Assembly (NCBI GenBank): GCA_043821285.1
Contig: JBDRCZ010000043.1
Location: forward strand, 2,903-66,902
Reading direction: 5' to 3'
Length of the DNA: 64,000 nucleotides
DNA from: Candidatus Omnitrophota bacterium
GTDB lineage: Bacteria; Omnitrophota; Gorgyraeia; B26-G9; JBDRCZ01
Position numbers and translations under genes: made by a program. Numbering within the stretch: position 1 is the stretch's first letter; each line of letters starts with the position of its first letter. The notes under the pieces were generated by a model. The model searched no databases and was not told the origin of the DNA. It saw only the letters and a program-made list of their open reading frames with translations. Positions 10,165 through 19,300 of the stretch are shown here, piece after piece.

Positions 10165-11670
10165 ATGCTTAAATCCTATCCAGAAATAAAGAGTAAAATA
10201 GACAAACTTTGGGATATGTTCTATTCGGGAGGCATGTCTAATCCTCTGGTTGCAATTGAGCAAATATCCTATCTTATTTATATGAAAAGACTTGAGGATA
10301 TGGACAATCAACAGAGAAAAGCAGCCGAAAGAAGAGGGCAAAAATACACTTCTATATTTAAAGGTAAAGAACACTGCTGTTGGTCCCACTGGATGCACTT
10401 TGATGCAGAGCGCATGCTAAAGACTGTAAGAGAAGAAGTTTTTCAATTCATCAAAGAGTTAAAAGGAGAAGGTAGTTTTTACGCAGAATCAATGAAGGAC
10501 GCGGTGTTTCTTATCCCAAAGGCATCCCTTATTCAGGAGGCGGTTAAGATAATAGATGACATAAATCTGTCTGCCAAAGGCATAGACCTTCAGGGTGATA
10601 TTTACGAATATTTATTGAGTGAAATATCACAATCCGGCAAAAACGGACAATTCCGCACGCCCAGGCATATTATTAGAATGATTGTCGAGCTTGTAGATCC
10701 TAAATTGGGTAACAAAATTTGTGACCCGGCCTGCGGTACCGGCGGCTTTTTAATCGGCGCGTATAATCATATCTTAAAAGAAAATACGGATCCGGAAAAC
10801 ATAGAATGCGATGAAGACGGCGCCCCGCATAATTTAACCGGAGATAAAATTATAGAAAAAAAACACTGGAAATTTTTGTGGGAAAAATCTTTTTATGGAT
10901 ATGATTTTGATACCACCATGGTGCGTATTGGCTTAATGAATATGATCCTTCACGGCATCGCCAATCCCCTTATAAGATATGCTGATACTTTATCCAAGAG
11001 CTTCCAAGAAAGAGAGCTTTACGATATTATCCTTGCTAATCCGCCTTTTAAAGGAAGTGTTGACAGAAGCGATGTTGCCGAGGATTTAAGCGTTGTTGGA
11101 AAAAGTAAAAAACCAAAAACAGAACTTTTATTTCTTAATCTCTTTGTGAATATGCTCATCCCAGGGGGCCGGTGCGGGGTTATTGTCCCTGATGGCGTAC
11201 TTTTCGGCTCAAGCAACGCCCACCTTGACACAAGGAAGCTGATTTTAGAGAAATGCGGCTTAGAAGCAATAATTTCAATGCCATCAGGCGTATTTAAGCC
11301 CTATGCCGGGGTTTCAACCGCGATACTCGTATTTACCAAAGGCGAAAGAACCGATAAAGTCTGGTATTACGATATGGAAGCGGATGGCTATTCATTAGAT
11401 GATAAACGTGCCAAAATAGAAAAGAATGATATACCGGATATTATTGAAAAATGGAATTCTCGTAACAAAAATAAAGAACCAAAGAAAGGCGAGAAATGGC
11501 TGTGGGTGAATTATGATGAAATAAAGAAGAATAATTATGATTTATCAATTTCTCGCTACAAGCCGATTGAGTATGAGGAAATAGAATACGAAAAGCCGGA
11601 AACACTAATTACTAAAATTGAGAACCTCGAAAAAGAAATATTAACGGATTTGAGCAGGATTAATTTATAG
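10165..11670 (+). CDS. hsdM: Type I R-M N6-adenine DNA methyltransferase (HsdM)
   Basis: It has the HsdM N-terminal domain, a SAM-binding motif (DPACGTGGFL) and the catalytic NPPF motif (LANPPFKGS). Confidence 0.9.
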   Translation: MLKSYPEIKSKIDKLWDMFYSGGMSNPLVAIEQISYLIYMKRLEDMDNQQRKAAERRGQKYTSIFKGKEHCCWSHWMHFDAERMLKTVREEVFQFIKELKGEGSFYAESMKDAVFLIPKASLIQEAVKIIDDINLSAKGIDLQGDIYEYLLSEISQSGKNGQFRTPRHIIRMIVELVDPKLGNKICDPACGTGGFLIGAYNHILKENTDPENIECDEDGAPHNLTGDKIIEKKHWKFLWEKSFYGYDFDTTMVRIGLMNMILHGIANPLIRYADTLSKSFQERELYDIILANPPFKGSVDRSDVAEDLSVVGKSKKPKTELLFLNLFVNMLIPGGRCGVIVPDGVLFGSSNAHLDTRKLILEKCGLEAIISMPSGVFKPYAGVSTAILVFTKGERTDKVWYYDMEADGYSLDDKRAKIEKNDIPDIIEKWNSRNKNKEPKKGEKWLWVNYDEIKKNNYDLSISRYKPIEYEEIEYEKPETLITKIENLEKEILTDLSRINL

Positions 11671-11674
11671 GATT

Positions 11675-12877
11675 ATGATTAGCATATTACAAAACGCAAC
11701 AATAGAAAGTCTATTATCTGAAACTATAACTGGCGAGTGGGGCATTATGTCTACTGGTGAAACAGGTGTAAAAGTAATTAGAACCACTAACTTTACAAAC
11801 GAAGGCAAGTTGAATCTTGATAATGTAGCCATACGAGATATTCCCCAGGATATAATTAACAGGAAGAAGCTTCGATATGAAGACATTATCTTAGAAAAGT
11901 CAGGTGGCAGTGATAATTTTTCAGTGGGCAGAGTCATTTATTTTGATTTGAAACCAAAGGAAGAATATTTATGCAATAATTTTACTCAAATTTTGCGAAT
12001 AGATAGCAAGAAAGCATACTCTAAATACGTATTTTATTATCTATTTTATCAACACAAGATTGGTGTTGTAAAAAATTTTCAAAATAAAACTACTGGAATA
12101 CGAAATTTACAAACTAAGCGATATTTAGCTCAAAAGATTCCAACCCCCTCAATTGATGTACAGCGCAAAATTGCCTCTATTCTCGACAAATGCGAATCCG
12201 CACGCGCAAAACGTAAAGAGGCAAGTCGTCTTACTGATGAATTCCTCAGGTCTGTGTTTTTTGATATGTTCGGGGATCCGGTGGGAAATACAAGGCAATG
12301 GGCTGTTGATAAAGTAAAAAATATTTGTTCTGCAGAAAGCGGAGGAACGCCGTCAACTAAAAAGAAGAAATATTGGGAAAAAGGAAAAATCCCTTGGCTT
12401 GGGTCTACATGTTGCAAGAATAATTTTGTAAGAGAAAGTAAGTCATATATAACCAAGGAAGGACTTGAGAATTCTTCTGCAAAAATATTCAAAAAGAAAA
12501 CCGTAATTGTTGCGTTGGTTGGTGCCACAATCGGAAAAACAGGCTTTTTGGAATTTGATTCAACCACCAATCAAAATATAGCAGGTTTATATCCTTTAAA
12601 AGACGATAGAATCATACCGGAGTATCTTTTTTTTACAATACAGTTTTTATACCCGCATTTTTTAGCATTAAGTAGGAGCGGGTTCAAAATGGCAAATCTA
12701 GCTTTTATCCGCAATTTAAGTATACCGCTACCTCCGAAAGAAATACAAAAAAAATTCGCCGGCATTGTCCAAAAAGTCGAGCAGTTAAAACAAAAACAAA
12801 GAGAATCCGAAAGAGAATTAAACAACCTTTTTAATTCTTTAATGCAAAAAGCTTTTAAAGGGGAGTTGGTTGGATAA
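11675..12877 (+). CDS. hsdS: Type I R-M specificity subunit (HsdS)
   Basis: It has two target-recognition domains separated by conserved coiled-coil regions, and it lies directly after hsdM. Confidence 0.85.
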   Translation: MISILQNATIESLLSETITGEWGIMSTGETGVKVIRTTNFTNEGKLNLDNVAIRDIPQDIINRKKLRYEDIILEKSGGSDNFSVGRVIYFDLKPKEEYLCNNFTQILRIDSKKAYSKYVFYYLFYQHKIGVVKNFQNKTTGIRNLQTKRYLAQKIPTPSIDVQRKIASILDKCESARAKRKEASRLTDEFLRSVFFDMFGDPVGNTRQWAVDKVKNICSAESGGTPSTKKKKYWEKGKIPWLGSTCCKNNFVRESKSYITKEGLENSSAKIFKKKTVIVALVGATIGKTGFLEFDSTTNQNIAGLYPLKDDRIIPEYLFFTIQFLYPHFLALSRSGFKMANLAFIRNLSIPLPPKEIQKKFAGIVQKVEQLKQKQRESERELNNLFNSLMQKAFKGELVG

Positions 12878-12887
12878 AACTTCAGGC

Positions 12888-12927
12888 CAGTCTCAACTTG
12901 ACAACAGCTGTAACAACAGCAGATTAA
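12888..12927. repeat. Left copy of a 40-bp perfect direct repeat (cagtctcaacttgacaacagctgtaacaacagcagatta); similarity extends to about 55 bp
   Basis: It is identical to 14529-14568 and starts 10 nt after the hsdS stop codon. It contains the palindromic core ACAGCTGT. Confidence 0.85.
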
Positions 12928-12931
12928 ATAA

Positions 12932-13162
12932 ATATCGTGTCCCCGGAATTACAAGATTGAAACTCCCATTGGTACATATAATCCAGATTGGGCTATTTTG
13001 AAAGAAAACGGTAAAATTGTTTATATGATTAGGGAGACTAAATCCACCAAAGAACAGCTCAAATTAAGACTGCCAGAGGTAGATAATATCCACTGCGGAC
13101 GTCAGCATTTCTTGGCCATAGGAGTGGATTATGATGTGGCGACAACGGTTGAGGAGCTATAA
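12932..13162 (+). pseudogene. C-terminal remnant of a restriction endonuclease with a PD-ExK nuclease motif (type III Res-like)
   Basis: The 76-codon frame has no start codon. It translates to ...PIGTYNPDWAILKENGKIVYMIRETKS..., which is a PD...ExK motif of the kind found at the C-terminus of type III Res subunits. Confidence 0.5.
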
Positions 13163-13209
13163 ACCTATGACGCAGATAAGAAAAAGGGGATGCTTTTCGG
13201 AAAAGCTGT

Positions 13210-13818
13210 TTGAAAATGCAAGAAAACGATAAATATAAAAAGGCAATAGAGAGAAATTTATTTGAAATCACACATGCTTTGCTTGAGTATAAAGCATTAG
13301 CTGCTTTTGACAAATATCGTATTAACAAACATGTTGCTACAAAAGGGGAAAATTTTTTTACAATCTCTTTTAGAGCGCTACATAACGATATGATAGCGCA
13401 TGCGATCAAAGTACTGGATAAAAATGTAGATAGTGCAACCTTTTGGCACATCTTCGATAAAGATACAAAAACAATAGAAGAGTTAGAAAATTTTTCGCAG
13501 GAGAAATTGAAAATTTTAAATGATTTGGCGGAAAAATTAAAAATTCTTCGGGACAAGACACATTTTCATATAGACAAAAATGGTGTTTTGGAGCCAGATA
13601 AGGTTTGGGAAAGAGCTGATATAAAAGGAAAAGACTTAGGCGAGGGGTTAGTTTTTTTATTTTCTATATTGAATGAATTATATCGAAAAGTTTTTGGTAA
13701 AGAATTCCTATTCAGACTTGAAGATTATGACGAAAAAGATTTGGGTAAGTTACTAGATATTGCCGGATCAAATGAGCTTATCGAAGTTGTTCCAAGGGTG
13801 GGGATACCCCATGATTAA
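13210..13818 (+). CDS. Hypothetical protein with a possible HEPN-like Rx4-6H motif (202 aa)
   Basis: The sequence LRDKTHFHID fits the Rx4-6H pattern, and the protein is alpha-helical and charged. This is weak motif-level evidence only. Confidence 0.3.
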   Translation: MKMQENDKYKKAIERNLFEITHALLEYKALAAFDKYRINKHVATKGENFFTISFRALHNDMIAHAIKVLDKNVDSATFWHIFDKDTKTIEELENFSQEKLKILNDLAEKLKILRDKTHFHIDKNGVLEPDKVWERADIKGKDLGEGLVFLFSILNELYRKVFGKEFLFRLEDYDEKDLGKLLDIAGSNELIEVVPRVGIPHD

Positions 13819-13936
13819 CCTTGTTTTTATACAGGGGATAAATCATCAATGTAATTGCTAAAGAGCAAAGCAAAAGAACAGCTTAAATAAAATATAGTGA
13901 TGAAAACACCAAAAATTTTTACCCTATGGAGGCAAT

Positions 13937-14497
13937 ATGAATCTTCATGCTTGGCAGATGGCATGCCAATATATTATAGTACTGGGCGTTGTAATATCAG
14001 CGATAGGAAGTTTTGGATCGTTCTATTTCGGGAAAAAAATTGAACAAACGAAAGATAAAGAAATAACAACAAAAGAAGCAGAATTTAAAGACAAGCTTAC
14101 TATTCTTATAAAAGGTAACGAAGTAATACAAAATCACCTTAAAACAGCATACAAGGAATTAACAGACCAGCAAAAAGAGAAGCTTGTTTTAATGCTTGCA
14201 GTTGCAAAAGAGAAAAATATAACAATCAACGCAGTTTTGGGAGGACAAGGATCTTTCGAACTTGCAAATAGGTTGAAAACAGTTTTTATAGACGCAGGAT
14301 GGAATGTAAATGGGGTAAATCAGTCAGTATATAATGTGCCATTTGTTGGATTATTTGTGTCCATACCAGAGGGGCCTACCCCAGAAGAAGCTAACGTTAT
14401 TTATCGTGGTTTTAAGACGATCGGTTATGAAGTGAAGGGGAACAGGGATGCAAACCAACAAAATCGTTTAGCGTTAATTGTTGGCTCAAAACTATAA
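13937..14497 (+). CDS. Hypothetical membrane-anchored protein (186 aa)
   Basis: It has an N-terminal transmembrane helix followed by a coiled-coil-like region. It is paired with the preceding ORF inside the repeat-bracketed cassette. Confidence 0.3.
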   Translation: MNLHAWQMACQYIIVLGVVISAIGSFGSFYFGKKIEQTKDKEITTKEAEFKDKLTILIKGNEVIQNHLKTAYKELTDQQKEKLVLMLAVAKEKNITINAVLGGQGSFELANRLKTVFIDAGWNVNGVNQSVYNVPFVGLFVSIPEGPTPEEANVIYRGFKTIGYEVKGNRDANQQNRLALIVGSKL

Positions 14498-14528
14498 AAT
14501 AGCCCAAATATTATAATAAGCATCGGGG

Positions 14529-14568
14529 CAAGTCTCAACTTGACAACAGCTGTAACAACAGCAGATTA
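14529..14568. repeat. Right copy of the 40-bp perfect direct repeat
   Basis: It is identical to 12888-12927. Confidence 0.85.
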
Positions 14569-14698
14569 ATAATTAAGTATTGTGTCCACAGACTAACAGA
14601 CTAAAAAATACCCTTGCAATTTGAATGAAAAAGTTATACAATTCATAATATATAATACCATATTTAGGATAGGATTGGTTATAAAAGGAGAATAAAAT

Positions 14699-15442
14699 AT
14701 GCCAAGTAGAATAGAGCATTTTTTTAGTAAGTCAAAAGTACAGCAGTTTATTGTGCAGTTTGCTTGCCGAGTACCGATTCGTAAGACACTTAATAAGGGA
14801 GAAAAAACAGCATTAGAAAATGTATTGAGAGATTTAGATAGTACGAATTTTCAACTCTTTGATGAACAATTACAGAATAATCCTCCGTATTTGTTTCAGG
14901 TTCTTCATCAGCTTCCAGTAGGAGCTGCTTCAATCACATTGCCTTCTTTTGTTTTTTCTAACGACAGTTTTTCTTTTATTTTTCCAATTAAAATGTCTAG
15001 CAATATTATCTCAGGAATTGGCTCGATCGATACTAGTGATATGAATTTAAAAATAATTGATTGGGTACTTAAAGTGCAAGATATTATTAGCAATTTACAC
15101 TGTCAACGTGCTGGAAAAATATTTGATTTAGTTTTGGGGCCATTTAATCAAGAAGAAAAACTGCAGATATTTAATGAATTGTTTTCTATGAAGCTTACTA
15201 ATATTGGTGAGCTTAATCTAACTTTTGCTGATTATCGTACATCTGGGCCAGATCTTTTTAATATACAAACAAATATTCGTTATTTACAAGCAAAATTAGA
15301 TGAAAGTTTTTTTATTAATACTCGTGTTGATATTAATAACAGACAGCTTTTTAATTCAATGGAGCCTCCCAATATTAAAAAAGTTTGGGAATTTGCAGAT
15401 TCGATAATAGATGAGCATTTTAAAAACATACTTATTTTATAA
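14699..15442 (+). CDS. Hypothetical protein (247 aa)
   Basis: A complete ORF preceded by an RBS (aaaggag). I recognise no motif. Confidence 0.35.
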   Translation: MPSRIEHFFSKSKVQQFIVQFACRVPIRKTLNKGEKTALENVLRDLDSTNFQLFDEQLQNNPPYLFQVLHQLPVGAASITLPSFVFSNDSFSFIFPIKMSSNIISGIGSIDTSDMNLKIIDWVLKVQDIISNLHCQRAGKIFDLVLGPFNQEEKLQIFNELFSMKLTNIGELNLTFADYRTSGPDLFNIQTNIRYLQAKLDESFFINTRVDINNRQLFNSMEPPNIKKVWEFADSIIDEHFKNILIL

Positions 15443-15468
15443 AAATTTTTTAATAAGGAATTAAGATA

Positions 15469-15873
15469 ATGATTAATTTTGTTTTCCCTAATTTTTGCAC
15501 AGAAGAAGAGATAACTAAGAAACAGATAAACAAAACAACTACGACGGTTTCAGTAATGTCGATAGGTGGCATATATACTACTAAAACCAACACACTAGCA
15601 GATGAAACAGCATTGAGAAGTGTGCTTATTACAAAAAATCCGAATATATGTCAAGGGAAACCGATAATTCTTGGTACACGTATTTCAGTTTCAAATATTG
15701 TAGAATTGCATTATTTGTTAAACTGGAATATTCAAAAGATTCGTGATGAATATCCACACTTGAGTAATGAACAAATAATTGCTGCACTTGAGTATTATGA
15801 AAACCACACAAAAGAGATAGATTCTTATTTGCAAGAAGAAAAAGAGATAAATGCCGCATATAGAGATACCTAA
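15469..15873 (+). CDS. DUF433-family protein (putative antitoxin-like)
   Basis: Its C-terminal region (CQGKPIILGTRISVSNIVELH...EQIIAALEYY) resembles DUF433. It overlaps the next gene. Confidence 0.55.
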   Translation: MINFVFPNFCTEEEITKKQINKTTTTVSVMSIGGIYTTKTNTLADETALRSVLITKNPNICQGKPIILGTRISVSNIVELHYLLNWNIQKIRDEYPHLSNEQIIAALEYYENHTKEIDSYLQEEKEINAAYRDT

Positions 15874-16207
15874 ACTCTACCTGAATGAAAATATACCTAT
15901 TCGTTTAGTTAGTTTGTTATCAAACCTTGGAATTATAGCAATACATACCTTAAGTGTAAATAATCAAGGAACTAGTGATGAGTTTCAACTGCAATATGCA
16001 GCAGAAAGAGGCTACATAATAGTAACACATAATAGAAAAAATTTTAGGCAGTTACATAAGAGATGGATCCATGAAGGGAAATGTCACGCTGGTATTATAG
16101 TTATGCGTCATGATGAGCCCGAACGTTTGGCAGATAGAATTAAGCGCTTTTTTGAACAAGATTATTTTAATATTACTTTACCATTTTGCGAATCGCCACC
16201 TGCATGA
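15851..16207 (+). CDS. DUF5615 / Mut7-C-like PIN-fold protein (putative toxin partner of DUF433)
   Basis: Its size and the motifs IRLVSLLSNLGIIAIH and YIIVTHNRKNF resemble that family. The DUF433-DUF5615 gene pairing is known. Confidence 0.5.
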   Translation: MPHIEIPKLYLNENIPIRLVSLLSNLGIIAIHTLSVNNQGTSDEFQLQYAAERGYIIVTHNRKNFRQLHKRWIHEGKCHAGIIVMRHDEPERLADRIKRFFEQDYFNITLPFCESPPA

Positions 16208-16249
16208 ATCAAAAGTTGCCACTGAGAAGTTAAACTTTGGAAAGAATTT

Positions 16250-16400
16250 ATGGATTTTCATAAAAAAGATGTTTTTTTAAAAACAATTATTGCCGGAGAA
16301 ATGATCCTTGCTGATAAAGCCGGAAATGAAAAAAAGGTAGATTTTAAAAAAGTGATGGAACAAGAGGAAAAAAAAGGCGATGAGCCGCTGGTTAGGCAAA
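16250..16400 (+). pseudogene. Duplicated internal fragment of the lipoprotein gene at 4725-5501 (right copy of the 133-bp direct repeat)
   Basis: The 16268-16400 segment is about 97 percent identical to 5103-5235. The reading frame is conserved only across the repeat. Confidence 0.6.
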
Positions 16401-16649
16401 TTGTTTGCGGTAATGTATGGACTGTTTTCGCTTATAGTTATACCATTTATGTTGATTGGAATGTTATTATCACCAGAAAATAGGGGACCCAGGGTAATAT
16501 TTCTTTTATTTATACCTATTTTATATATTATCCTTGGCTTTATTGGCGGTGTCATTGGTGCTTTTGTTTATAATCTTTGTGCTAAATGGGTTGGCGGGAT
16601 TGAATTAGAATTTGAGGAAGAAAAAGAACCACCCATTTCAAATGAATAA
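16380..16649 (+). CDS. Possible small two-helix membrane protein (89 aa)
   Basis: A hydrophobic ORF that starts inside the repeat in a different frame. The evidence is weak. Confidence 0.2.
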   Translation: MSRWLGKLFAVMYGLFSLIVIPFMLIGMLLSPENRGPRVIFLLFIPILYIILGFIGGVIGAFVYNLCAKWVGGIELEFEEEKEPPISNE

Positions 16650-17117
16650 TAGCAGTGATACTATATATGAAGAAACTGGACTCTGAAGGAAAAAAATAAA
16701 AAATAATAAATTATAAAAAAATGCCTTTTACCCCCTTTCATTTTGGCCAGCATGCTTTGGTGGATTTAGCTGTAGCTAAAAGAATAAATGTGCTGGTTTT
16801 TATCATGGCAAATATAATTATTGATATTGAGCCATTGTATGGGTTTGTTTCGTATACAGTGCTTTATAAAATTTGCGGCTTTATGTTTTTATCGGCAATA
16901 GCGCTATATATTTATAAAGCAAAAAATATATAACACCTTGAACCACAAAACTTACGATTTTTAATATAAATCCTTTTCCATTCGTGTTAATTTGTGTTAT
17001 TCGTGGTTGAATATTTTTTAACCTGCCGCATCTACAGTACGAGACTGTCGGGGACAAAGACTTTTCTTGTTTTATCTATGGTGTACAATGAAATAGTACT
17101 ATGACTTAAGCTTTTTC

Positions 17118-17147
17118 TTGTCAAAACCTGCCTTTTAATGTTATAAT
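17118..17147 (+). promoter_or_regulatory. Sigma-70-like promoter (-35 TTGTCA, 18-bp spacer, -10 TATAAT) for the murI-queDC operon
   Basis: The hexamers are read directly from the sequence. Confidence 0.5.
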
Positions 17148-17158
17148 CTTTGCAAACA

Positions 17159-17206
17159 ATTTCAAAATTCGAATATTCAAAGATTCTAAGATTTAAAAAT
17201 TCAAAG
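17159..17206. repeat. Six tandem octamer repeats (ATTYNAAN: atttcaaa attcgaat attcaaag attctaag atttaaaa attcaaag) in the murI leader
   Basis: The repeat is seen directly. It lies between the promoter -10 and the murI start codon. Confidence 0.8.
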
Positions 17207-17268
17207 CGTTTTGTTTGCTGGTTGAGCGGCAGAGAATTTAGAATTTTCGAATGAGGAGTTATATACAA

Positions 17269-18072
17269 ATGTCTGACGCAAGGCCGATTGGGGTGTTTGA
17301 TTCCGGGGTCGGGGGGCTAACCGTTGTCCGGGAGTTGCTGCGGCAATTGCCGGATGAAGATATTGTTTATTTTGGCGATACCGCCCGGGTCCCTTACGGG
17401 ATAAAGTCAAAAGATACGGTTATTAAATTTACTTTTGAGAATATATTTTTTCTTTTGAAATTCGACGTGAAGCAAATTGTTATTGCCTGTAATACTGCCT
17501 CTTCCCTGGCATTGCCGACAATTAAAAGGCAGTTTAAAACTCCGCTTATCGGCGTGATTGCCCCGGGAGCGAAAGAAGCAGTCTATGCAACAAAGAATAA
17601 AAAGGTCGGGGTAATCGGTACGCGGGCAACAATAAATAGCGGCGCGTATAAACAGTATATTAAAAAGTTTGCCCCATCGGTCAAGGTGTATAGTTTGAGC
17701 TGTCCGTTATTTGTGCCTTTGGCTGAAGAGGGATATTTAGACTCTAACATCACCTATCAGGTTGCATTAGAATATCTGGGACCTTTAAAAAAATTAAATG
17801 TTGATACGATAATCTTAGGCTGTACCCATTACCCGCTCTTAAAACCAGTAATTAGAAAAGTCGTGGGGAAAAAGGTCGTGCTGATTGATTCGGCTAAGCA
17901 GGTTGTTGCTGAGGTCAAGGAGATTTTAAAAGAAGAAGGTTTGGAGTCTAATAAACAGAGAAAAGGTCAGGTTAAATTTTTTGTTTCTGATGAAACAGAG
18001 TTTTTTACCAGGGTCGGCCGAAGGTTTCTGGGTAATTATTTAAAAGATGTGAAAAAGGTGGATAATGTTTAA
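17269..18072 (+). CDS. murI: Glutamate racemase
   Basis: It has the motifs GVFDSGVGGLTV, ACNTAS and GCTHYPLL. The internal ATG at 17269 has a GAGGAG RBS upstream, whereas the ORF track starts 18 nt earlier. Confidence 0.9.
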   Translation: MSDARPIGVFDSGVGGLTVVRELLRQLPDEDIVYFGDTARVPYGIKSKDTVIKFTFENIFFLLKFDVKQIVIACNTASSLALPTIKRQFKTPLIGVIAPGAKEAVYATKNKKVGVIGTRATINSGAYKQYIKKFAPSVKVYSLSCPLFVPLAEEGYLDSNITYQVALEYLGPLKKLNVDTIILGCTHYPLLKPVIRKVVGKKVVLIDSAKQVVAEVKEILKEEGLESNKQRKGQVKFFVSDETEFFTRVGRRFLGNYLKDVKKVDNV

Positions 18073-18415
18073 GGTTCGGGTTGTTTCTGAATTTAATGCC
18101 GCACATAACTTGCGCCATTACCGGGGCAAATGTGAAGCACTCCATGGGCATAACTGGAAGGTGGAGATTTCGGTTTGTAGAAAAAACTTAGATCATTTGG
18201 GTATGGTCGTAGATTTTAAGCACTTAAAAAAAAAGCTCAACAAAATTTTAGACAGCCTTGACCATAAGTATCTGAATAAGCTGCCGGCTTTTAAAAAGAT
18301 AAATCCTACCTCGGAAAATATCGCAAAATATATATTTGTAAATTTAAAGTTAAAAGGCGCGCAAGTCACGGTCTGGGAAACAAATACCTCGAGTGCGAGT
18401 TTTTGGCAAGAATGA
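18065..18415 (+). CDS. queD: 6-carboxy-5,6,7,8-tetrahydropterin synthase
   Basis: It has PTPS-family motifs (HNLRHYRGKCEALHGHNWKVE). It overlaps murI and queC. Confidence 0.85.
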   Translation: MFKVRVVSEFNAAHNLRHYRGKCEALHGHNWKVEISVCRKNLDHLGMVVDFKHLKKKLNKILDSLDHKYLNKLPAFKKINPTSENIAKYIFVNLKLKGAQVTVWETNTSSASFWQE

Positions 18416-19089
18416 AGAAAGCAGTGATACTTTTATCCGGAGGTTTGGATTCTGCGGTAACGCTTTACCTGGTGAAATCTTTAAAATTTAAATGCTTTTG
18501 CCTGATTTTTAATTACGGCCAGCGGCATAAAAAAGAAGTTGATTGTGCGAAGAATTTAGCAAGACTTACAAATTCTGTCTATTTTGTCTTAGATATATAC
18601 CTGCCTTGGGGCGGCTCTGTACTGCTGGATAAAAATAAACCTTTACCCAAAGACCTTGATCTTAAAAAAAGAGGTAAAAGAATTCCGGATACGTATGTGC
18701 CGGCGCGTAATATTTTGTTCTTAAGTTACGCTTTGTCTTTTGCCGAAGCAAAGGGGGCAAAAGATATTTTTATTGGGGCAAATGCCATTGATTATTCCGG
18801 TTATCCTGATTGCCGTCCCGGATTTATTAAACAGTTCAATAAATTAGCCGAGATTGGTACTAAATCCGGTGCTTCTGGAGCAGGTATTAGAATCCATGCA
18901 CCGTTAATAAATAAGACTAAAGCAGAGATTGTAAAATTGGGATGTAAGTTAAAAGTGCCGTTTGAAGTAACCTGGTCATGTTATGCCGGACAAAAACATC
19001 CCTGCGGCAGGTGTGATAGTTGTAGATTTCGCAGGCGGGGATTTAGAGAAGCAGGTATAAAGGATCCTTTAGTAAAAAATCAACATTGA
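18412..19089 (+). CDS. queC: 7-cyano-7-deazaguanine synthase
   Basis: It has the PP-loop SGGLDS and a C-terminal Zn-binding motif CGRCDSC. The ORF track gives a TTG start at 18403. Confidence 0.9.
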   Translation: MKKAVILLSGGLDSAVTLYLVKSLKFKCFCLIFNYGQRHKKEVDCAKNLARLTNSVYFVLDIYLPWGGSVLLDKNKPLPKDLDLKKRGKRIPDTYVPARNILFLSYALSFAEAKGAKDIFIGANAIDYSGYPDCRPGFIKQFNKLAEIGTKSGASGAGIRIHAPLINKTKAEIVKLGCKLKVPFEVTWSCYAGQKHPCGRCDSCRFRRRGFREAGIKDPLVKNQH

Positions 19090-19119
19090 TTTTGTCTACC
19101 GACAATGGACTGTTTTAGA

Positions 19120-19300
19120 ATAATGGTAACGTTTTTCGGTTACGGTGACGGGGCCCGTTTCGGCGTTTGGTTACGGTAACGTCAGTTTTTTGTATTGTGT
19201 ATTGAGTTGTGAGTATTGTGTTTTTATTGTCATCCTTTTAGTTTTCATGCTCAATACGCAATACGTATTTATTAGACGTATCCGTTAAACGTTACCGATA
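19120..19300. repeat. Nested inverted-repeat element in the queC-queE spacer
   Basis: The outer arms are tggtaacgtttttcgg (19123-19138) and ccgttaaacgttaccg (about 19282-19297). The inner arms are gtattgtgtattgag and ctcaatacgcaatac. It also contains direct repeats of ggttacggt(g/a)acg. Confidence 0.5.
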
